This document shows positions 16,457 to 23,788 of a DNA stretch of 25,511 bases, one piece after another (position 1 is the first letter of the stretch; the number at the start of each line of letters is the position of its first letter). The notes under the pieces are model-generated. The model worked only from the letters and a program-made list of their open reading frames with translations, ran no database searches and had not been told where the DNA came from. The stretch covers positions 1 to 25,511 of the forward strand of contig JANMKN010000068.1 of assembly GCA_031372065.1 (NCBI GenBank), given 5' to 3'. A program made the position numbers and the translations under genes. The DNA comes from Abditibacteriaceae bacterium. Its GTDB lineage: Bacteria > Armatimonadota > Abditibacteriia > Abditibacteriales > Abditibacteriaceae.

Positions 16457-18051
16457 GGAAAACATTCTGCGATGGTGTTTTGCATTAAAACAGGCGTGCC
16501 CATCCAGTTGGTTTGCGGCATTTCGATTGTTTCTCCGGCTTGCAAAGGGCGGCTGTAAATGCTGACGGCAGTTTTTCCGGCGTCGGTGTAATGAAAGCCA
16601 TCCGCAGGCACGATTTGCCAGCCGTTTAATTGCAAAGGCTGTTGTTGATTGGTCGCCAAAATGAAAACGGTGGTGTTTTGCGTGGCTTTCAGGCGCAAAA
16701 CAGCTTTTTCGCCGCCGTTGGTTTGGGTGATTCGCCAATTGTTAAAACGCTCTGGCACGCCGCGCCAAAGGTAATCGCGGTTGCCAAAGGCGCGCTCGCC
16801 ATCGGCAAAAGTTGTTATTGTCCAGTTCGCGCCGGTCACTTCAAATTGTGCTGAATGGGCGCGCAAAATGGGCAACTTGGTGTTGTGCAAATCGCGGAAA
16901 GCGGCGAAACGATGAAAAGTCAAATAATTCGCATCGTGATTGTTGTGCGCGCCGCCGTTTTCGTCATCATAAGCGGTGCGACACGCTGCGATGATGTCGT
17001 CGCCCTCGAAAAGCCATTCGACATATTGAAAGCCATGTTTCGCCACATTGGGATGAGAAAGCAGAATGCTGCGCACTGTCCAATTGCGCAAGTCGGGCGA
17101 TGAAATCAGCGCCAGTGTGTTGCGCACGCCGCCCGGCGAAGGGCGACGATAAATTTCTGGCACAATGCTGGAAAGCGACCAATACAGTTTGCTTTGCGCA
17201 TCAAAACGAATGGCGAATTTTTTGGCGCCGCCGGGAAAGGAAACAAAGCCCGTGTCCGCATCGAAAGACATCGTTTTGCCGTCGGCACTGACTTGCACAA
17301 TCGCCGCTTTTTCAAAGGGAGATTTAGTATCCACGCGCAAAATATCTACGAGATTTCCGTCCGGTGTCACCACTGCATTGCCTTCGAGCCAGCCGCCCAT
17401 ATCGTTGTTGTTCCAAGTGCGCTGGCTCGGCAGAAAATCGCTGAATGTCCAATTGGCGGCGTTCAATAAATCGGCGTCCACCGGCACCGAAAACATTCCA
17501 GCGCAGTAAGTAATGCCCCAGCCTTCCGGTGGGTCGCGCTGCTCGAAAGCGCGCCATAAGCGCCCTTTGTGTTCGATAACTGGCATCGGAGCGCAATGAT
17601 ACTGTCCGTTATCGCGCAACAATCCGCTTTTGGCATCGTTTGGCTTTGTCCACGTTGCGCCGCCATCGCTTGAGCGGCGAATAACGGCGTTGCCGTGATG
17701 TTTATCAGTGCCCAGCAGATAAAGCGCGCCGCGATGCGTAAACAGCGTTGACCAAAACGCGCCGTTTATCGTGGCGATTTTGCGCCACGTTTGGCCTTTG
17801 TCGGCGGAGCGAAAAATGTGGGTCGTCGCTTTGGTATGTTCATCGGTTTTCGGCCCGAATTCATCGTGCGAGGCGACGTAATCGCCGTTTTGCAGCACCG
17901 CAAGGCCCGGCGAGCCAACATAAATGCCGCTCGAAGCCGGACTGTAATCAATCACCGTGCCCGGCACTTTTTCTGTGTCAGAGACGCCGCTTTGACTCAA
18001 TAATGGCAAAGCCAATGACGATAGCAAAATTAGCAAAGCATATTGATTCAT
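16246..18051 (-). CDS. Secreted BNR/Asp-box (sialidase-like) beta-propeller protein with a C-terminal beta domain; 3' end overlaps the NACHT gene
   Basis: Signal peptide; Asp-boxes RSADKGQTW, RSSDGGATW, SSPDLRNW; GWLEGNAV, HGFQYVEW and AHNNHDANYLTFHR motifs. The last ~75 codons look like read-through. Confidence 0.82.
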   Translation of the reverse strand: MNQYALLILLSSLALPLLSQSGVSDTEKVPGTVIDYSPASSGIYVGSPGLAVLQNGDYVASHDEFGPKTDEHTKATTHIFRSADKGQTWRKIATINGAFWSTLFTHRGALYLLGTDKHHGNAVIRRSSDGGATWTKPNDAKSGLLRDNGQYHCAPMPVIEHKGRLWRAFEQRDPPEGWGITYCAGMFSVPVDADLLNAANWTFSDFLPSQRTWNNNDMGGWLEGNAVVTPDGNLVDILRVDTKSPFEKAAIVQVSADGKTMSFDADTGFVSFPGGAKKFAIRFDAQSKLYWSLSSIVPEIYRRPSPGGVRNTLALISSPDLRNWTVRSILLSHPNVAKHGFQYVEWLFEGDDIIAACRTAYDDENGGAHNNHDANYLTFHRFAAFRDLHNTKLPILRAHSAQFEVTGANWTITTFADGERAFGNRDYLWRGVPERFNNWRITQTNGGEKAVLRLKATQNTTVFILATNQQQPLQLNGWQIVPADGFHYTDAGKTAVSIYSRPLQAGETIEMPQTNWMGTPVLMQNTIAECFPHSSASALFGSKASKSHSNSHRRASFCSEVSFFCCLTKSRKVLTSSAVSDCFSKTLQQTSEVFSVSTSVR

Positions 18052-18158
18052 AAATTGAGTCGCCAGCAGGCACTATTTGACGGCCTCTTTTGACCTTCGT
18101 TTTGCGGGCGGTGTGCGCCTCTTTGTGAGAATGATAAGATTCTTTGGGAGCAAAAACC

Positions 18159-18518
18159 ATGAGTGACGACCAGAAAAACCAAATCAAAACGGTGCTGGAT
18201 TTTCAGGAGCGCCTGATGATCGCGCAAAAGCAAATTCGCAATTCGCTAAAGCAACTTGCCACCGAGCGCGAGAAAAGCGATCTCGAAGTCTTGGCAAACC
18301 AGCAGATGATTCTGGAAAATCAAGCGGAAGTGGACACGGCCTTGCGCGAATTGCGCGTGCATCAAAAGCAACTGAAATTCAGCCAAGACCGCCTCGATAC
18401 CTTTTTCGCCACGTTAGAAGCCATCATCGCGAATCAGGACCTGATTCAAGGCAATCAAAAAACCATCATCGAAAATCAGATGAAGATTATGGAGAAGATT
18501 GACCTTGTAGCCAAGTAA
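18159..18518 (+). CDS. Small coiled-coil protein (119 aa) with (I/V)xxNQxx heptads
   Basis: SD GGAG (18147-18150) before ATG 18159. Contains VLANQQMILENQ and IIANQDLIQGNQKTIIENQMKI; paralogous to the 61-aa gene downstream. Confidence 0.8.
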   Translation: MSDDQKNQIKTVLDFQERLMIAQKQIRNSLKQLATEREKSDLEVLANQQMILENQAEVDTALRELRVHQKQLKFSQDRLDTFFATLEAIIANQDLIQGNQKTIIENQMKIMEKIDLVAK

Positions 18519-18559
18519 TTGCCGTTTGAAAAAACTGGGCAACGGGTATATTGGCAGCA

Positions 18560-18875
18560 CAAATCTTCAAACCCCGGACAACTCTTTTGTCCCGACGCCG
18601 GATTGCTATGCTACTTTCAGCATAGGCCGCAGACTGTTCTCCAACAGCCTGTCATAATTTAAGCCTCATCCGCAAAATCAAGACAAGGCCATCTTTTGCC
18701 TTGGCGTTTCGATTTTATGCCCTTCGGGCTTAAATCCAGTTTGTTTTTGAGTGTCGCAAGGCATAACTACGCGCTCCCCATGAGCGTGCCAGTTTGACTT
18801 GGCGTTTCCTGTTTGGCTTGGCGCTTAATGCGAGCGTCCCAAATTGAGAGCGGAGTTGGCCCGATGCGAACCAAG
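18560..18875 (+). ncRNA. Candidate structured leader or ncRNA of unknown class
   Basis: At least 8 consecutive hairpins, several with G-U pairs and one GCAA tetraloop. Lies between a putative -10 box (TATATT 18547-18552) and the SD of the 61-aa gene. No family recognised. Confidence 0.45.
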
Positions 18876-18887
18876 GGAGGTGTGAAC

Positions 18888-19073
18888 ATGACCAACGATG
18901 ACGTGATTGCCAATCAACAAATGATTCTTCAAAATCAAACGACGATTTTGGAGAATCAGGCAACGATCAAATCCAATCAGGACGAGATCAAATCCAATCA
19001 AGAGAAACTTGATCGGATTATTGCCAATCAGGAACAAATTCTGGAGAACCAGAAGAAAATCCTCGGTTCGTAA
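18888..19073 (+). CDS. 61-aa protein made almost entirely of IxxNQxx heptads
   Basis: Strong SD GGAGGT (18876-18881). Sequence VIANQQM-ILQNQTT-ILENQAT-IKSNQDE-IKSNQEK-LDR-IIANQEQ-ILENQKK-ILGS. Followed by its own terminator. Confidence 0.85.
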   Translation: MTNDDVIANQQMILQNQTTILENQATIKSNQDEIKSNQEKLDRIIANQEQILENQKKILGS

Positions 19074-19077
19074 AGCA

Positions 19078-19136
19078 GCAACTCCTTGCCGCCAACTAAA
19101 AGAAGCAGTTCTTTTGGGGCGGCAAGGAGCTATTTT
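19078..19136. terminator. Intrinsic terminator between convergent genes
   Basis: ctccttgccgcc (19082-19093) / ggcggcaaggag (19118-19129) with an inner aaaagaa/ttctttt stem, then tatttt. Confidence 0.8.
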
Positions 19137-19156
19137 ACACAGCTTCGGCCTAAAAT

Positions 19157-20260
19157 TTATCGGTTCTGCCCCGCAAAATAAAAGTAAAGGCCAATAACAA
19201 TCAGCGCCAGCAAGACTGCGCACGCGATTTTCCACCAACTGAGCGGATATTTGCCCGCGATGGCACCTGTGTAGCCGTTGATAACCACTTGATACGAATC
19301 CGAGCCGTAGGTGTAACTGAGCAACCAAACGGGCACTAAAATGTGCTTGAAAGTCGGGTTGTAATAATTCGCGTTGACGTTCAAATTGCGATGCGTGTCG
19401 CCCGGCACTTCCGCCCCGCATTGCTGCTTGGTTTTGGCGTCCATCATTTGCCGCGAGTGCTGCGCGGCGGCCAACAAATCAATTTGATACTGCTCGACAA
19501 CCCAGCCGCTCAGAAACGCCGGAGCGTAAGGCTTTAAATCGGTCGTGGTCGGAAATGGTTCGATTTGGCGCAGCAAATCGGCTTGCACGCCTTTGGAAGC
19601 GGGCACGAGTTCATCGTCGAAAAAGCGCTCTATTGAGCCGGAAGCAAATTCCCATCGCGTGCGTTGAACTTGTCGCGTTTGTCGTTTGCCTTCGGAATCG
19701 GTGTAGTGTTCGGTTTCGTAATAATGATAACCGGCCTGCGCCGTCCAATCAGCGTGAACTTGGGCATCGAATGTCCAGTAGGGCAGATAAATGCCGTGAA
19801 TTGTGTCGGTGAGGGCACGCGATTTCAGCGCATTCGGTGCCCAAAAACGCGAGCCATACCAAACCCGAATACTTTCGCGCACTTGCGTTTCCGGCACCTT
19901 GAATTCCAGCAAACTTTCGGGACGAATCGGCGCGTTTATCTGCTCGTAGGGCACCAGAGCCGAGGAGCCGCAAAAATCGCAGCGCTGCGCCACGCGCGCC
20001 GGGTCGAAAACCGAAATTGCCTGACAACTTTGGCATTTGACGGACTTCTTTTCCGCGTCCCAGCCGCGTGCTTCCTCGCCGATGTTATTCAGCGCCTCCG
20101 CGAGATCGTTTTCCTTAATCTCAATGCTGGCCGGGGGCGACGGCATCGACGAAGTGGTGCCGCAAAACGGACAAACCAACGCTTGTTTCGCAGGGTTCCA
20201 TTGCGCCTCAGCGCCGCACGACGGGCAAGCAAATTTTTGATTGGCGGTGATTTCGGCCAT
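19157..20260 (-). CDS. Zinc-ribbon membrane-anchored protein (YdjG-like)
   Basis: CPSCG, CPFCG, CQSC and CDFCG pairs; GIYLPYWTFD, HILVPVW, INGYTGAI.G.YP.S; C-terminal TM helix. Confidence 0.82.
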   Translation of the reverse strand: MAEITANQKFACPSCGAEAQWNPAKQALVCPFCGTTSSMPSPPASIEIKENDLAEALNNIGEEARGWDAEKKSVKCQSCQAISVFDPARVAQRCDFCGSSALVPYEQINAPIRPESLLEFKVPETQVRESIRVWYGSRFWAPNALKSRALTDTIHGIYLPYWTFDAQVHADWTAQAGYHYYETEHYTDSEGKRQTRQVQRTRWEFASGSIERFFDDELVPASKGVQADLLRQIEPFPTTTDLKPYAPAFLSGWVVEQYQIDLLAAAQHSRQMMDAKTKQQCGAEVPGDTHRNLNVNANYYNPTFKHILVPVWLLSYTYGSDSYQVVINGYTGAIAGKYPLSWWKIACAVLLALIVIGLYFYFAGQNR

Positions 20261-20268
20261 CGGGAAAA

Positions 20269-21342
20269 TTAACTGTTCAAAAACTCATCCAGCGCGGCGC
20301 GGGTGATGCGCCATGTCGAGCCGATTTTTTTGCCTTTGAGTTCGCCCGCTTCCAAAGTTTGCAGCACATCCACTTCGGTAACACCCAATGCTTGCGCGGC
20401 TTCGGCCACCGAAAGCAAAGCGGGCGCGGTAAATGGAGTGACTGGCGCGGTAGGAGTCGCGGATGCGCCCGCTGGCGGCGTGGTTTGTCCGCCTAAAACG
20501 CCGCCTTGTTGTTGCATCATTTGTTGCGCCATCGCCATGCCGACGGCCATTTCGGTAGCAAATCCGCCCGCGCTGCCTCCGCCACCGGGCTGCGTCATGC
20601 CTTGCGCCATTTGAAACTTGACGTAATCGTTCAAATTGCCGACAGCGGCCATCGAAGAACGCTTGTCAATCGCTTGCTCGACTTCTTCGGGCACGCTGAC
20701 GTTTTCGACCACGAAGCTCGTGAATTCGATGCCGTATTTCACCGTCGTGACCGGATTAATCAGCGGCAACAGCGCCGAGCCGAGTTCGCTGTAACGCGTG
20801 GCGACATCCAAAACGGGAATTTTCGATTCGGCCAAGGCTTCGCTAAACAGCGAAACCATGCGCGAGCGCATCGTATCGGCGAATTCGTCCAAACGAAAAT
20901 GCTGATCGCTGCCCGCGACCTCTTTGAGAAACAACGGCACATCCACAACGCGGAAATCGTAGATGCCAAAAGCGCGCACGCGCACAATGCCAAAATCGGC
21001 ATCGCGCATCATGACGGGGTTGGCCGTGCCCCATTTGTTGCCTGTAAAAAGCCGCGTGTTGACGTAATACACATCGGCTTTAAAGGGCGAATTGAAGCCG
21101 TATTTCCAGCTTTGCAGCGTGGTAAGAATGGGGATGTTTTCGGTGGTCAGCGTGTATTTGCCCGGCACGAAGGTGTCGCCGAATTGACCCAAATAAACAA
21201 ACTGCACGGCCTGCGATTCGCGCACGATGAGTTGCGCGCCGTTTTTGATGGCTTTGTCATTGTCGGGCCAGCGAAAACTCAGCGTATCACGCGAGTCGTC
21301 GTTCCATTCGATGACTTCGATGAATTGATTAAAAATCGACAT
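20269..21342 (-). CDS. SPFH/band-7 domain protein (YdjI-like) with a C-terminal excisionase-type HTH
   Basis: EVIEW, IKNGAQLIVRESQ..F, PGKYTLTTENIPIL, SPFKADVYYVN, KWGT.NP, VRAFG.Y. C-terminus LLSVAEAAQALGV...GELKGKKIGSTWRITRAALDEFL. Start set at MSIFNQ (21342), with AAGGA upstream. Confidence 0.88.
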   Translation of the reverse strand: MSIFNQFIEVIEWNDDSRDTLSFRWPDNDKAIKNGAQLIVRESQAVQFVYLGQFGDTFVPGKYTLTTENIPILTTLQSWKYGFNSPFKADVYYVNTRLFTGNKWGTANPVMMRDADFGIVRVRAFGIYDFRVVDVPLFLKEVAGSDQHFRLDEFADTMRSRMVSLFSEALAESKIPVLDVATRYSELGSALLPLINPVTTVKYGIEFTSFVVENVSVPEEVEQAIDKRSSMAAVGNLNDYVKFQMAQGMTQPGGGGSAGGFATEMAVGMAMAQQMMQQQGGVLGGQTTPPAGASATPTAPVTPFTAPALLSVAEAAQALGVTEVDVLQTLEAGELKGKKIGSTWRITRAALDEFLNS

Positions 21343-21412
21343 ACGGAGGTGTTCCTTTGCGTTCAAGCGGTCACAAAAAGGATAATCTTTTACAGGTCTG
21401 GCGTCCAGCGTT

Positions 21413-21442
21413 TGTATGGGCGAGGCAGACCTCGCCCCTACA
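21413..21442. repeat. GTAG-type REP-like palindrome
   Basis: tgtatgggcgagg-caga-cctcgcccctaca (12/13 bp stem). Minus strand reads GTAGGGGCGAGGTCTGCCTCGCCC. Confidence 0.6.
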
Positions 21443-21490
21443 ATTGTGTTTTTTATGCCTCCGCCAACTTCTTTTGGCAAACTGCCGCGC

Positions 21491-23275
21491 ATGATTCCCA
21501 CAATTTCCGCTTCGCGTCGCACGCCGCCGCCGGATTGGGCTTTGTCCCAGCGTTCTTTGATTGCCCAGATGAATGAAGCCGCGCCGCTCTTTCAAGAGCG
21601 CTACACCCGCGCCGATGGCACCTTTATTTGGCGGCAAAGTTGGCCGGGCATGGACGGTTCGGACGATGGTTACGAAAGTTATCACAACTGGCCACTGTTT
21701 TACGCCCTCGGAGGCAGCGAAGAGTTACACAAACGCAGCCGTTTTTTGTGGGACGCTGTGACGCGACAGTTCACCGCTTACGGTCAGGTGTGGCGCGAGT
21801 TCGATGCGTATTACGATTGGATGCATCACGGCGAAAGTTCGATCTATTTTTACTATTTTGGCCTCGCCGACCCCAAAGTTCACGTAGATCGCGCCCGTGC
21901 TTTGCGCTTTGCGGCGATGTATAACGGCGAAGACAGCGAAGCCGCGAACTGGGACGCCGAGCATCGCATGATGCGCTCGCCGCTTACCGGCAGCAAAGGC
22001 CCGCGTTTTGAGAATTCTTGGGACGATTGGGCCACGCACCGCCAAGTTTTAGCGAATTATCCGGCGCCTTTTGAAGATGTTCCCGGCGTTGCGAGCGGAG
22101 CAAGCGCTGATTGGAACGATGACGCCGTTTACGCTGAGATTTTAAAGCTGCTCAACGCGCGTCAAATGCGCGGCGATGTGCCACTCAACCTTACCAGCAC
22201 CAGTTTGGTGACCAACGCCTTCCTTTACACCGGCGAAGACAAGTATCGGCGCTGGGTTACAGACTATTTGGGCGCGTGGCACGAGCGCATCGGGGCCAAC
22301 GACGGGATTTGTCCCGATAATGTCGGCCCGAACGGGGTTATCGGCGAACTGATGGGCGGCAAATGGTGGGGAGGCTACTATGGTTGGCGCTGGCCTCACG
22401 GTTTTATGAGCATTATTCAGCCGCTGACTATCGCCGCGATGAATGCCGTTCTGCTGACCGGCGATCTTTCTTACCTCGACATCCCGCGCGGCCAACTTGA
22501 CCGCCTAATTGAACGCGGACGCGAGGAAAACGGCCAACTTTTGGTGCCACATCGTCACACCGACGCCGGTTGGACAGCCTATCGCCCGCTTTCTCCTGAG
22601 TATCCGTTACAACTTTGGAATATGTCGGGCGATCCTCGCGACTTAGCGCGGCTGCAACTTTTCCCCGAACGGCATTCCGCGTGGCATCAAGTGCGTCCCG
22701 GACGCGGTAAAGGCGATGATATTCACATTGCGCCGTGGTTTTGCTACATGACAGGGCAAAAACCAGAGTATCCGCAACAAATTTTAAGCGCGCAATGGGA
22801 AGAAGTCGCCGCGCGCATGGAACGCATCGCGAGTGATAACACCGATCCCGAAACATGGGACGTGCATCACTGGCAGGATTTGAATCCCGTTCACACCGAG
22901 GCCTTAATTCAACTGACGTGCGGCGGGCCACAAATCATTTATCATGGTGGTCTTTTGCACGTTCGCTTGCGTTATTTCGATGCCGATTCACATCGCCCCG
23001 GTTTGCCACCTGATGTCAGCGCTTTGGTATCTCATTTCGACACCGACAGCACAACCGTTACGCTTTGCAACATCAATCCGACGCATGAGCGCCATGTAAT
23101 CCTACAAGCGGGCGCATTTGGCGAACATAATTTCACTACGGCGAAAATTCAAAGCGCCGCCGACGCATCGCCGGTTATTATCAACGGCAAGCAATGTTCT
23201 CTCTCCTTACCGCCGGGCCATACTATCACGCTGCAACTGGGCACGCGCCGCTATGTGAACTCTCCGAGCTACTAA
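21491..23275 (+). CDS. Conserved hypothetical protein, Trp/Tyr/Asp-rich; possibly an (alpha/alpha)-barrel carbohydrate-acting enzyme
   Basis: Long ORF with host-like codon usage; motifs MDGSDDGYES..NWPL.Y.LGG, YDWMHHGE, PDNVG..G, KWWGGYYGWRWPHG, RPGLPPDV.ALV, LQAGAFGEH. Start uncertain (21416, 21455 or 21491). Confidence 0.75.
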   Translation: MIPTISASRRTPPPDWALSQRSLIAQMNEAAPLFQERYTRADGTFIWRQSWPGMDGSDDGYESYHNWPLFYALGGSEELHKRSRFLWDAVTRQFTAYGQVWREFDAYYDWMHHGESSIYFYYFGLADPKVHVDRARALRFAAMYNGEDSEAANWDAEHRMMRSPLTGSKGPRFENSWDDWATHRQVLANYPAPFEDVPGVASGASADWNDDAVYAEILKLLNARQMRGDVPLNLTSTSLVTNAFLYTGEDKYRRWVTDYLGAWHERIGANDGICPDNVGPNGVIGELMGGKWWGGYYGWRWPHGFMSIIQPLTIAAMNAVLLTGDLSYLDIPRGQLDRLIERGREENGQLLVPHRHTDAGWTAYRPLSPEYPLQLWNMSGDPRDLARLQLFPERHSAWHQVRPGRGKGDDIHIAPWFCYMTGQKPEYPQQILSAQWEEVAARMERIASDNTDPETWDVHHWQDLNPVHTEALIQLTCGGPQIIYHGGLLHVRLRYFDADSHRPGLPPDVSALVSHFDTDSTTVTLCNINPTHERHVILQAGAFGEHNFTTAKIQSAADASPVIINGKQCSLSLPPGHTITLQLGTRRYVNSPSY

Positions 23276-23329
23276 ACCGGAATTTTGCGCGGATTTATTG
23301 GGTTTGGGCGGGGATATTGGCTTCTGTTT

Positions 23330-23491
23330 TTGAGTTAAGACGTTCGAAAGCGTAACTCGTCCCCCTCTGGGCGGGCGCCCGCTTACTGCGGGCAGGATTG
23401 GATGGGGGTTTACGGCGGCTATGCCGCCGTCATGCCCTCCCTCAATCCCTCCCGGAGGGAGGGAAGCTATGCTTTCCTTGCGCTAACTTAA
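23330..23491. mobile_element. MITE/REP-cluster-like palindromic element
   Basis: Imperfect terminal IRs: ttgagtta..gaaagcgtaact (23330-23357) / agctatgctttc..taacttaa (23465-23491). Inner perfect stems gcccgc/gcgggc, acggcggc/gccgccgt and tccctccc/gggaggga. Confidence 0.55.
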
Positions 23492-23536
23492 TCTATCTGG
23501 CATTATTTCCTCTCCCACACAGATTTTCCCCTAACT

Positions 23537-23788
23537 CGGCGGGAAAGCGTGCCCTCACGTAGGGAAATTGCCCCTTTATGCAAGGAAAGTCAGCTTCTAC
23601 GCAGGGAAAGTAAGGCTTGACGTAGGGAAAGTAAGGCTTGACGTAGGGAAAGTGCGTTGTTCCGCTGGGATTTTACGCTTTCACGGAAGGATTTTGTGAC
23701 TTTATTGAGGGATTTTTGCTGTTTCAGCACTGATTTAGGGGTTCCACGGAGGCAATTTGCGCTTTTATGGACGGATAGTGAGCTTAAT
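23537..23788. repeat. Degenerate tandem array, about 12 x 21 bp (cgNagggaWW...tt.a)
   Basis: gggaaa/aggaaa/gggatt-type cores at 23541, 23562, 23583, 23604, 23625, 23646, 23667, 23688, 23709, then weaker at 23730, 23751, 23772; exact 21-bp spacing. Confidence 0.8.

Noticed and set aside
18813..18887. N-terminal extension of the NQ-heptad ORF (86 aa) and the antisense ORF 18730-18963
   Set aside because: The strong GGAGGT SD places the start at 18888; the extension runs through hairpins and lacks the repeat.
20269..20420. Excisionase of an integrative element
   Set aside because: The HTH is fused in frame to the SPFH protein and there is no integrase nearby.
21343..21522. 60-aa N-terminal extension of the SPFH gene and the 21416 start of the divergent gene
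   Set aside because: These would overlap each other and the REP palindrome. Family-like sequence starts at MSIFNQFIEVIEW.
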